DNA from: Kiritimatiellia bacterium | Lineage (GTDB): Bacteria; Verrucomicrobiota; Kiritimatiellia; PWTM01 | Length of the DNA stretch: 64,000 nucleotides | Reading direction: 5' to 3' | Assembly: GCA_026417735.1 (NCBI GenBank) | Contig: JAOACR010000009.1 | Location: 423,255-487,254 of the forward strand | Shown here: positions 46,968-55,696 of the stretch, one piece after another | Position numbering within the stretch: the first letter of the stretch is position 1 | Layout of the letters: every line of letters begins with the position of its first letter | Translations under genes and position numbers: made by a program | Notes under the pieces: model-generated | The model's input: only the letters and a program-made list of their open reading frames with translations | What the model was told of the DNA's origin: nothing | Databases searched by the model: none

Positions 46968-47021
46968 AACGTGTCGTTGAGCATTCGTGAAAACGAATGT
47001 AATTCAAATACTGATTGGTAT
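46942..47021. promoter_or_regulatory. Putative TetR operators
   Basis: ATAC-N6-GTAC (46942-46955), ATAC-N6-GTAT (47008-47021) and a perfect inverted repeat CATTCGT-GAAA-ACGAATG (46982-46999) in an AT-rich island. Confidence 0.6.
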
Positions 47022-47132
47022 GAAAAACTGTCTGACGGGGGCGCTGGGGTCCGATATGACGTGCTGGCCAGCGCGGAGGCTGCTAAACTGGAGGGCGCGT
47101 CGCGGGCATGCCGGACGCGCGGGGCGTCGTCC

Positions 47133-47930
47133 ATGAAATCGTACAGTTGGCTGCAGGTTGGATTCGCGGGGGCGCGGGGGGTGTGCGCGGGCGCCGCGGT
47201 TCTGGCGGCCATCGCGTCGCGGAGCGGTGCCGACGAGATTGAGCTGACGATTCTGCGCGACGCGGCCGAGCGGGGCGACGTCGGCGCACAGGTCGAGTAT
47301 GCCGACCGGCTAGCGACGGCCCGGGGGACAGCACGGGACATCCGCGCGGCGCTGGAGTGGTGGGCGCGCGCAGCGCTGACGGGACACGCGGGTGCGATGG
47401 TGCGCGTGGCGGACAGTTTGATGGAGGGGGAGGGTGTCGAGGCAGATCCGGCCAAAGCGGTGGCGCTTTGGCGGCGGGCGGCCGAGGCGGGTCACGCGGG
47501 CGCGATGGCGCGCCTGGCGCGGGCGTACGAACGGGGACAGGGCGTCGCGACGAACCTTGCGGAGGCACGGATCTGGTGGAAGCGGGCTGCGGAGGCGGGT
47601 GACCCGGCAGCGCAATACGAATGGGGCCGCTGGTTGGACGAGGGGATCGGCCTGCCCGCAGCGCCGGCGGACGCGCGCATGTGGTACGAGCGCGCGGCAC
47701 AGCACGGCGTGGCCGCCGCGATGAATGCACTGGCGCGGTTCCACGCGGAGGGCCGGGGGGGTCCGCCCGATCGGCGGGAGGCCTATGTGTGGTGCTTGCT
47801 GGCGGCGCGCGCGGGCGATGAGGTCGGCCGTCGCAACTGCGAAGTGCTCGCCGGGGCGTTGTCGGCACTGGAGCGGTTCCACGCTTCGCGCGAGGCGGCA
47901 GCCCGCGCTCGCGCCTGGGGACTGCCCTGA
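47133..47930 (+). CDS. Sel1-repeat protein (exported)
   Basis: Repeated 'AA..G...A...L...Y..G.GV..D...A..W' units. Confidence 0.9.
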   Translation: MKSYSWLQVGFAGARGVCAGAAVLAAIASRSGADEIELTILRDAAERGDVGAQVEYADRLATARGTARDIRAALEWWARAALTGHAGAMVRVADSLMEGEGVEADPAKAVALWRRAAEAGHAGAMARLARAYERGQGVATNLAEARIWWKRAAEAGDPAAQYEWGRWLDEGIGLPAAPADARMWYERAAQHGVAAAMNALARFHAEGRGGPPDRREAYVWCLLAARAGDEVGRRNCEVLAGALSALERFHASREAAARARAWGLP

Positions 47931-48511
47931 TGCGGATGGACCGTTCGAGTGCGTCCGGCGGCGGTGCGCGCTGGCACTGCCTGCAGGCGGAGGTCCACGC
48001 AGAACACATCGCGGCCGCACATCTTTCGCGGCGGCTCGGCCTCGAAACCTATTGCCCTCGCATCCGCTATCGCCGGCCGACGAAACGTGGGCCGGTGTGG
48101 ATGTGCGAAGCGCTGTTTCCGGGCTACCTGTTTGCGCGTTTCGAGCGCGGCGCGTCGTTGCGGGCGGTCGCCGCGATGCCGAAAGTGCGCCGCGTGGTCA
48201 GATTTGGCAGCACCTATGCGGAGGTTCCGGACGAGACGATTCGACAGCTTCGCGACTTGTTTTCCGACAATCAGCCGCGCTCGCTGGAACGCGTGCTGCG
48301 GCCGGGTGACGCCGCAGTGGTCGTGGACGGACCGCTGGCCAACCTGCAGGTGTTGGTCACCGACGTGCTGCCGGGCCGGGAACGTGTGCGCGTGATGTTT
48401 CGGCTGCTCGGCCGCACTGTTGAAGCAGATCTTCCGGAGACCGCGGTGTGTGCCGCCGGCGCCTTGCCCGCGCCCGTGGTGGCCCGCCGCCGCGACGGAA
48501 TGTCGGCATGA
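47930..48511 (+). CDS. RfaH/NusG-paralog transcription antitermination factor
   Basis: NGN domain (WHCLQ, EALFPGYLF, VVRFG) and KOW motif (PGDAAVVVDGPL; ERVRVMFRLLGR). Confidence 0.88.
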   Translation: MRMDRSSASGGGARWHCLQAEVHAEHIAAAHLSRRLGLETYCPRIRYRRPTKRGPVWMCEALFPGYLFARFERGASLRAVAAMPKVRRVVRFGSTYAEVPDETIRQLRDLFSDNQPRSLERVLRPGDAAVVVDGPLANLQVLVTDVLPGRERVRVMFRLLGRTVEADLPETAVCAAGALPAPVVARRRDGMSA

Positions 48512-49809
48512 AGTTCCACATCTGGACCATCGGCTGCCAGATGAATGAGGCCGATGCGCGCCAGCTGGACGAGCGGCTACGCGCGGCCGGGCATCAACCG
48601 TGTGACGACCCTCGCGACGCGGACCTGGTGATCCTGAACTCCTGCGTGGTGCGACAGTCGGCCGAAGATCGGGTGCGCGCACGACTGCGCGAGGCGCTGG
48701 CCTGGAAACGGCGTCGCGCGGGGCGCCAGGTCGCGCTGATGGGCTGTCTGGTCGGCCACCGCGAGCGCGATGCCCGACGGCTCGCCGGCGAGCTGCCCGG
48801 CGTCGATTTTCTGCTGCCACCCTCCGATCCGTCCGCGCTGCTGGCGGCAGTGGGAGTGGCCGCCGAGGGATGCGCGGAGGGTGCCGCGCCGGCGGCCGGG
48901 CCAGTGCGGGCCAACGTGCCGGTCGTGCTCGGCTGCTCGCGCGCATGTACCTACTGCGTGATTCCGTACCGCCGCGGCCGCGAGCGCAGCCGGCCGCGCA
49001 ACGAGGTGCTGGCCGAGGTGGTTCGGCTCGTCGAGCGCGGGGTGCGGGAGGTGGTGCTGCTGGGCCAGATTGTGGACCGGTACGGTGTTGACCGCCCCGG
49101 TGAAGGGGACCTGGCCGACCTTCTGCGCGACGTTGCGCGGACGGACGTGCTCCGTGTGCGATTCCTCACCAATCATCCGTCGTTTCTCACCGATCGCCTC
49201 TTGGAGGCGGTCGCCGAAACCGCAAAGGTTTGCCCGCACTTTGAGATCCCTGCGCAGTCGGGTGATGATGAGATTCTCGCTCGGATGCGGCGCGGCTACA
49301 CCGCCGACGAGTACCGACGCACGGTGGAGCGTATCCGCCGGCGATTGCCCGGCGCAGCGGTGCACTCGGACTTCATCGTCGGCTTCCCCGGCGAGAGCGA
49401 CGCGCAGTTTGAAGCCACCGTGCGCCTGGTGGAGGAGATGCGATTCGACAAGATCCACGTCGCACGCTATTCGCCCCGCCCCGACACCCTCGCCGCGCGC
49501 CGCTGGCCAGACGACGTACCGGAGCCAGTGAAAGAGGAACGGCGGCGTCGGCTCGACGAGCTGCAGACCCGCATTCAGCGCGAGCAGAACGCCGCTGCGC
49601 TGGGCCAAGTGGTCGAGGTGCTGGTGGACGGACGCGACGAACGACGCGGCCGCTGGCGGGGCCGGACCCCGCAAGACCGGATCGTGTTCTTTGAGGACCC
49701 CCGTCATCGGCTGGGTGACCTGGCCTTGGTGAGAATCACCTGGACCGGACCGCATTCGCTGATCGGTCAACCGGAAGATCCCCTCCAACCGCGGGAGGAG
49801 CAACAGTGA
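48508..49809 (+). CDS. miaB: tRNA methylthiotransferase MiaB
   Basis: TIGCQMN, NSCVVR, radical-SAM CSRACTYC, IVGFPGE, YSPRP, C-terminal TRAM domain. Confidence 0.92.
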   Translation: MKFHIWTIGCQMNEADARQLDERLRAAGHQPCDDPRDADLVILNSCVVRQSAEDRVRARLREALAWKRRRAGRQVALMGCLVGHRERDARRLAGELPGVDFLLPPSDPSALLAAVGVAAEGCAEGAAPAAGPVRANVPVVLGCSRACTYCVIPYRRGRERSRPRNEVLAEVVRLVERGVREVVLLGQIVDRYGVDRPGEGDLADLLRDVARTDVLRVRFLTNHPSFLTDRLLEAVAETAKVCPHFEIPAQSGDDEILARMRRGYTADEYRRTVERIRRRLPGAAVHSDFIVGFPGESDAQFEATVRLVEEMRFDKIHVARYSPRPDTLAARRWPDDVPEPVKEERRRRLDELQTRIQREQNAAALGQVVEVLVDGRDERRGRWRGRTPQDRIVFFEDPRHRLGDLALVRITWTGPHSLIGQPEDPLQPREEQQ

Positions 49810-50102
49810 AGGATTCTTCCAGCCCAACGGGTGCGCTGCGGCTGCGGGTTCAGGGCCGCGTCCAAGGTGTTGGCTTCCGCTATTCCACGATTGAGGTGGC
49901 GCGTCGGTTCCGCGTCACCGGCTATGTGATGAACCTTCCCGATGGCTCGGTTGAGATTGTCGCGGAAGGTGAGCCGGCGGAGCTCACCGCGTTTCTGGAT
50001 GCGGTGCGCCGCATGCCCGTCTACCGGAACGTGACCGGCGAAGAATTGGGTCGCGCACCGCCGACCGGTCGCTACGCAGATTTCCGCATCCGTTTCAGTT
50101 GA
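49806..50102 (+). CDS. acyP: Acylphosphatase
   Basis: GRVQGVGFR, GYVMNLPDGSVE. Confidence 0.95.
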   Translation: MKDSSSPTGALRLRVQGRVQGVGFRYSTIEVARRFRVTGYVMNLPDGSVEIVAEGEPAELTAFLDAVRRMPVYRNVTGEELGRAPPTGRYADFRIRFS

Positions 50103-50187
50103 GTCCGAGCTCCGCTGGAGCCCACACCGTTGCTGCGGGCGGAGTGCCGGCGTATAGTTCCGGGCGGCGGCGCGGAGGTGCACCTGC

Positions 50188-50829
50188 ATGAATGCAACGA
50201 ACGTGGACATCGGGGGGTGGCTAAGGACGACATGGGAACTCTACAAGAAGCATTTCGGTCTGCTGGTCGCCATACACCTGATTTTGGCCGTGCTGGGCGG
50301 CTTGACGCTGGGTATTCTTTGGGGGCCACTGTGGCTGGGCGCGAGCATGATCGTGTTAGCGCTCGTGGATGGCAAAACCCCGCCACCGGTGGGCGACGTG
50401 TTCAACGGCTTCTCAAAATTTCTCCCCTCGTTTCTGCTCGTGCTCACCGTGGGCCTGTCCAGCGTGCTCGTTTCACTGTTGTTGCAGCTCACCTGCATCC
50501 TGGCTCCGCTTGCCCCGCTGGCGGTGCTCGGCATCGTGACCGCGACCATGTTTGCAGTTTTTTTGATCGGCGAACGTAACCTGGATTTCTGGCCGGCAGT
50601 CCAGCGGAGCTTTGAGCTCGTGAAGCCGGTGTTCTGGCCATTGCTGGCGTGGATCCTGTTGCTCTCGGCGGTGTCAGGGGTGGGCGCTATCTTGTGCGGC
50701 GTTGGCGTCGTGCTGACGATGCCACTCCAGACCTGCGGTCTGGCGGTGGCCTACCGGCGGGTGGTCGGCGGGCCTCCGGCCTCGGAGCCCACCGTTGCGC
50801 CGCCTCCGCCGGCGCCGGCCGCCGGCTGA
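50188..50829 (+). CDS. Hypothetical integral membrane protein
   Basis: Several TM helices; 'GDVFNGF', 'FWPAVQRS', 'LCGVGVVLTMP'. Confidence 0.82.
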   Translation: MNATNVDIGGWLRTTWELYKKHFGLLVAIHLILAVLGGLTLGILWGPLWLGASMIVLALVDGKTPPPVGDVFNGFSKFLPSFLLVLTVGLSSVLVSLLLQLTCILAPLAPLAVLGIVTATMFAVFLIGERNLDFWPAVQRSFELVKPVFWPLLAWILLLSAVSGVGAILCGVGVVLTMPLQTCGLAVAYRRVVGGPPASEPTVAPPPPAPAAG

Positions 50830-50838
50830 TGCGCAGCG

Positions 50839-52047
50839 ATGAGGCTTCTGTTTCTCGCTCCGCAGCCCTTCCTGCGAGAACGGGGCACGCCGCTGCGAGC
50901 GCGTAACATCCTCGCCGCGCTCACCGGTGCGGGGCACCAGGTGGAAATGCTCTGCTACCCGTTCGGCGAGGATGTCACCATGAGCGGGCTGCAGCTGCGG
51001 CGCTCCGCGCGCGTACCGGGGATCAGCGATGTCGGCATCGGTCCCTCCGCGGCAAAGATTCTGCTCGACGTACCGTTCGCGCTGCGGGCACTGCGGATGT
51101 GCCTGCGCAGCAACGTCGATGCGATTCAGGCGGTCGAGGAGGCGGGGCTCTTTGCCTGGGTGCCAGCGCGGCTGCGGCACCGGCCGTTCGTTTATCAGAT
51201 GGATTCCTGGATCTCCGAGCAGCTGGTGTTCAGCGGGTTCGCCACGCGCGGTCCTGCGCTGGCGCTGGCACGCTGGCTGGAACGGGCCGCGATGCGCAGC
51301 GCGGCGCTCGTGATCACCGTCGGTCCCGATCACGCCGCGGAGGTCCGCCGCATCGCCCCCCACGCGCAGGTTCTGGTGCTGCCGGATGCGCCCGCGGCAG
51401 ATCACTTTGTGCCGGACGAGGCCGGCGCGGCCCGCTGGCGCAAGCGGCTGGGACTTGGCGAGGCACGCTGCGTCGTCTACACGGGCAATTTCGAGCCCTA
51501 TCAGGGCGTGGACCTGCTGGTGCGTGCGGCCGGCCGCATGACCTCCGCGCAGAACGGCGTTCGCGTAGTGCTGGTCGGAGGCCGACCCGACCAGATCCGC
51601 GAAATGGAAGCTCTGGCGAAAGCGTCGGGCGCCGGAGATGTCTGCGTGTTCGCAGGCACTCAGCCGCCTGCAGAAATGACCGCGTTCCTTTCGCTCGCCG
51701 ACGTGCTGGTCAGCCCCCGCTGCCGGGGCCGCAATCCTCCAATGAAAATCTACACGTACCTGCAAGCGGGCCGGCCAATCGTCGCCACGCGAGTGCCGAC
51801 CCACACGCAGGTGCTCGACGACGAAATCTCGCTGCTCGCCGATCCTGATCCCGCGGCGCTCGCCACCGCGCTCGACGCGGCCCTGGCCGACGCCGACCGG
51901 TCTGCCCGCATTGTGGCGGCGGCACGCGAGCGGTTCGAGCGCGAATTCAGCCCCGCGAGGTTTCGTGAACGGCTACTTAGAGCGATTGAGCAGCTTGGGC
52001 ACTGGCGCGCGTCTCCCCCCAGCTCAATGGCGTCGGTCACCTGCTGA
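50839..52047 (+). CDS. Glycosyltransferase family 4
   Basis: APQPF..RGTP, YTGNFEPYQGVDLL, ADVLVSPR, PMKIYTYL..GRPIVAT. Confidence 0.92.
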   Translation: MRLLFLAPQPFLRERGTPLRARNILAALTGAGHQVEMLCYPFGEDVTMSGLQLRRSARVPGISDVGIGPSAAKILLDVPFALRALRMCLRSNVDAIQAVEEAGLFAWVPARLRHRPFVYQMDSWISEQLVFSGFATRGPALALARWLERAAMRSAALVITVGPDHAAEVRRIAPHAQVLVLPDAPAADHFVPDEAGAARWRKRLGLGEARCVVYTGNFEPYQGVDLLVRAAGRMTSAQNGVRVVLVGGRPDQIREMEALAKASGAGDVCVFAGTQPPAEMTAFLSLADVLVSPRCRGRNPPMKIYTYLQAGRPIVATRVPTHTQVLDDEISLLADPDPAALATALDAALADADRSARIVAAARERFEREFSPARFRERLLRAIEQLGHWRASPPSSMASVTC

Positions 52048-52070
52048 GGCGGTCTTTTTGCACCGTGAAC

Positions 52071-52147
52071 TGGCGGGGACGACGGGACTTGAACCCGCAA
52101 CACCCAGATCGACAATCTGGTACTCTAACCAGTTGAGCTACGTCCCC
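52071..52147 (-). tRNA. tRNA-Asp (GTC)
   Basis: GGGGACGTAGCTCAACTGGTTAGAGTACCAGATTGTCGATCTGGGTGTTGCGGGTTCAAGTCCCGTCGTCCCCGCCA: cloverleaf, anticodon GTC, encoded CCA. Confidence 0.98.
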
Positions 52148-52185
52148 GCGCGCTGCGGCTTCGCCAATCGCGCGAAGGGATCTCT

Positions 52186-52213
52186 ATCATATCCCGGGGA
52201 CTGAATTTTTCAA
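52186..52213 (-). promoter_or_regulatory. sigma70 promoter of tRNA-Asp
   Basis: TTGAAA-N16-TATGAT about 40 nt upstream of the tRNA. Confidence 0.65.
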
Positions 52214-52694
52214 CGCGAATTTTGAAGACGCGGCCGGGCTAAGCCACAGCTTGGGGACGGTGCGGCCACCGGAGCAACCGCACTATCTACCGCGCCAACC
52301 TCGGCGCGCAGGTGCGCAGAGAAGCGTATCGCGCGGGCGACCGCCGAAGGGCCATTGGCGCGCAGCATGCGAGCCGGTCCTCCAAATGCACGCCCGATTT
52401 GCGGAATCCCTCGCTCACCCCCGCGGACATAACGGTGCCGCAGCCCAGAAGGCCGTCGATTCCCCGCACAGCTGTTCCCCCATGTGCCGGGCCCAACAAG
52501 ACCAGTTGCCTCCGCTTCGGCAGTGGTCCACGGCGACGCTTAACATCTGCAGCGCCGGTTTGCGGATCCGACGCCCGCCTGCAGAGAGTCCTGCAAAACG
52601 AGGACCGCGCGAGCCGTTGGCCCGCGCGGCCATCAACGCGCCGGTAGTCTACTCGGTTCCGCCGGCCGGCGCGCCGGCGCCCCGGAATCCTTTG

Positions 52695-53834
52695 TTATTC
52701 GGCCGGCTCAGCCGCCACACGACGCCGCCGCACGACGGCGACCGCCGTACTCGCCAGTGCCAACAACCCCACCGTTCCCGGCTCCGGCACAACAAATGCC
52801 ACGCCCCGGAATGCATTGAACGACGGGGCGGTGGCCAGCACTGTGAACGAGCCGCTCATCGGCTGGTTGTAGCCGGAGTTGTCGAACAAATATTCCACCG
52901 TGTTGCCGGCCGCGCTCCCGTTCACAATCGCGAGAATCACTCCGCCCGCCCGCGGGATCCCGTCAATGTGGAACACCGTGCCGGGATCAATGGTATTGTT
53001 CAGCGTCCACGTGCCGCCCACCAGGGAGTACTTTGAAACGCCCGTGGCGTCGCGGGCCATCCACAACGTGTCATAGCCCGGCACGCTGGTGTCCAGATCG
53101 GCCATGTAGAATCCGTAGGTGTCCAGGTCCACATCGCCGATTCCCGGCAGCGCGACGGGCGGCGCTGGCGGTGCGGTCGGCAGGCCCGTCCCGACCGCAT
53201 ACACGCCCATGTTGCCCGCCGCGTCCCCCCACTCATACAGCTGACCCGAAAAGATGCGGACCCCGCGCGAGTTGATGTTGGTCAGCAGCGTCCCCGTCGT
53301 CGTCTGGCCCAACGTCAGGTATCGGATGCCGCGGGCCGTCGGTCCCGTCCCGGTTCCACCGTTCAGCGCTGCCCAGATCTGTGTTCCCGTGTCGTCAAAC
53401 GCAGCCGCCCGTGCGTTGTCGTTCCCCCCGAGCGGCCCCGTGGTGGAGAGGTCCACACTGCCGTCCGTAGTCTTGATCCGCGCAACGGTCCGGTTGATTG
53501 TCGTAATCACCGACGGCGCGTTTTCCGCCGCATCGTAGCCGACAATGCCCACATACTGACCGTTGGGGGAGACCGTGATTTTACCTTCCGAGGTCGCCGT
53601 GCCGCTGCCCGTCAGACGCGTGCCGCTGCCGCCCGATGGCATCGTAAACGTCTGAATCAGATTGCCCGCCAGGTCATACTCATCAATCCGCACGATTGCC
53701 GCGTCGCTGCCCAGCGGCGCGCCGTTCCCATCCACCCTGTACACCAACAGGTTTCCCGGCGTGATCGGCGCCGCAGTCGCCACGATTGCTCCCGCCATCA
53801 GCCCAGCCCACAGCACCCGGATCGTCGTCTTCAT
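52695..53834 (-). CDS. PEP-CTERM surface protein
   Basis: Signal peptide MKTTIRVLWAGLMAGAIVATA; 'PGNLLVYRV', 'ATSEG', 'FRGVAF'; C-terminal VPEPGTVGLLALASTAVAVVRRRR. Confidence 0.93.
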   Translation of the reverse strand: MKTTIRVLWAGLMAGAIVATAAPITPGNLLVYRVDGNGAPLGSDAAIVRIDEYDLAGNLIQTFTMPSGGSGTRLTGSGTATSEGKITVSPNGQYVGIVGYDAAENAPSVITTINRTVARIKTTDGSVDLSTTGPLGGNDNARAAAFDDTGTQIWAALNGGTGTGPTARGIRYLTLGQTTTGTLLTNINSRGVRIFSGQLYEWGDAAGNMGVYAVGTGLPTAPPAPPVALPGIGDVDLDTYGFYMADLDTSVPGYDTLWMARDATGVSKYSLVGGTWTLNNTIDPGTVFHIDGIPRAGGVILAIVNGSAAGNTVEYLFDNSGYNQPMSGSFTVLATAPSFNAFRGVAFVVPEPGTVGLLALASTAVAVVRRRRVAAEPAE

Positions 53835-54001
53835 CGTTGTCTGCCCCCAAAACATGCTTACACCCGACCGCCGCCGATAGTCAACCTGTACAACGCAGCA
53901 CCGCAAGTGTTCGAATTGTTAGAAAATGATAATTCTGAGGGCGCGGCTTGCAGTGGCCAGAGTGGCCAGTTTATACAGGCCCAGCACAGGGAGAACCAGC
54001 G

Positions 54002-55696
54002 ATGAAATCACTGAAGAGCCTGCGATGGATGGTCGGAAGCGTTTGGTGGACTTGTGCAAGCATTGCCGCGCTCGCGCCCGACGCTGCTCCTTTGGAACCC
54101 GATCCGTCAGCGGTGGAACGCTGGCGTGCGATGCGTTTTGGCATGTTCATCCATTGGGGCCCGGTGAGCCTGACGGGACAGGAGATCGGCTGGTCCCGCG
54201 GGGCTCAGGTCCCAGTGGAGGAATACGATCAGCTCTATCAACGCTTTAATCCCACGAACTTCAACGCCGACGCGTGGGTCGCCGCCGCCCGCGCCGCTGG
54301 CATGCGCTATGTCGTTTTCACCACCAAACACCATGATGGGTTTTGCATGTGGGCCACGCGTCAGACCGACTACAACATCATGCGAACCCCGTTCGGGCGG
54401 GATGTGGTCCGCGAACTGGCAGATGCCTGCCGGCGCGGTGGGCTTGCCTTTGGAACCTACTACTCGGTCTGCGATTGGTATCACCCGGCCTTTCCCCGCA
54501 CCAGCCCGGGCGGCAAGGTCCGCCGTGACGTCTCGGACATTGCCGCCTACCGCGAGTATCTGAGGGCGCAGGTTCGCGAGCTGATCGAAGGCTATGGTCC
54601 GCTGCTGACGATGTGGTTCGACATGCCGCAGGAGTTCGATCGGGCCGAGGGAGAGCGAAACGTCCGTTTTTGTCGCGCGCTGCAGCCGGACATCCTCGTA
54701 AATAATCGCGCCGGCGGCGGCGCGGGCGACTACGACACGCCGGAGCAGCGCATCGGCGCCTTTCAAACGCACCGCCCATGGGAAACCTGCATGACGGTCG
54801 GGCGGCAGTGGGCGTGGAAACCGAACGACCAGCTCAAAACCGCTGCCGAGTGTGTGCGAATTCTTCTGAGGACGATCGGCGGGGACGGCAACCTACTGAT
54901 GAACGTTGGACCGATGCCGACCGGAGAGATCGAACCGAGGCAGGTGGAACTATTGCGCGAAGTGGGGCGATGGATCGAACCGCGCGCAGAGGCGATCTAC
55001 CACACCCGCGGAGGCCCGTGGAAACCTGCCCGGCATGTGGTTTCCACCCGACGGGACCGCACCGTCTATCTGCACGTGCTGGACTGGCCCGAAGACACGC
55101 TGCGGCTGCCGCCATTGCCCGCGCGCGTACTCTCCAGCCGCACAGTCGGCGCCGGAGGGGTGAAGGTTCTGGCCACCGCCGAGGGGGTGCAGCTGAGCGC
55201 GGAGCCACCGCAGCGAGACCCGATTGCGACGACGGTGGCGCTGGAATTGGACCGTCCCGCGATGGAGATCGAGCCGATCGTGGTGCCGAACGTCGGCGGC
55301 TCGCTCGCCGAAGGCCGCCCCGCCCGCGCCTCGAATGTCTATCGCGACAGTCCCGACTATCACGCCAGCAAGGCGGTGGATGGCGATGATCACACCCGCT
55401 GGGCCACAGACGCATCGGTCGGGGAATGCTGGCTCGAGGTGGATCTGGGGAGCCCACAGGTCTTCGATCGTGCCGTCATCCGCGAATGCGTGGACTACGG
55501 GGCGCGGATCGAAGCGTTTGAAATCCAGGTTCGTGAAAATGAGAACTGGCGCGTGGTGCATCGCGGCGGCGCTGTGGGCCCGCGACTCGAAGTGGCCTTC
55601 CCCGCGGTCACCGGACAGGTCGTGCGGCTGCGGATCACCCGCGGGCGGAACGGTCCGACAATCCGCGAGTTTGAACTCCATGCGCCGGGCCGCTGA
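54002..55696 (+). CDS. Alpha-L-fucosidase (GH29) with C-terminal F5/8 type C (CBM32-like) domain
   Basis: FGMFIHWG, TTKHHDGF, MWFD, WETCMT, NLLMNVGP; 'AVDGDDHTRW'. Confidence 0.94.
   Translation: MKSLKSLRWMVGSVWWTCASIAALAPDAAPLEPDPSAVERWRAMRFGMFIHWGPVSLTGQEIGWSRGAQVPVEEYDQLYQRFNPTNFNADAWVAAARAAGMRYVVFTTKHHDGFCMWATRQTDYNIMRTPFGRDVVRELADACRRGGLAFGTYYSVCDWYHPAFPRTSPGGKVRRDVSDIAAYREYLRAQVRELIEGYGPLLTMWFDMPQEFDRAEGERNVRFCRALQPDILVNNRAGGGAGDYDTPEQRIGAFQTHRPWETCMTVGRQWAWKPNDQLKTAAECVRILLRTIGGDGNLLMNVGPMPTGEIEPRQVELLREVGRWIEPRAEAIYHTRGGPWKPARHVVSTRRDRTVYLHVLDWPEDTLRLPPLPARVLSSRTVGAGGVKVLATAEGVQLSAEPPQRDPIATTVALELDRPAMEIEPIVVPNVGGSLAEGRPARASNVYRDSPDYHASKAVDGDDHTRWATDASVGECWLEVDLGSPQVFDRAVIRECVDYGARIEAFEIQVRENENWRVVHRGGAVGPRLEVAFPAVTGQVVRLRITRGRNGPTIREFELHAPGR

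Noticed and set aside
52071..52700. Integrative element at tRNA-Asp
   Set aside because: No integrase and no duplicated tRNA 3' end (att site) seen in the window.
53920..53938. Fur-box-like GAAAATGATAATTCTGAGG
   Set aside because: Only a partial match in an AT-rich promoter region, and the flanking genes are not iron-related.
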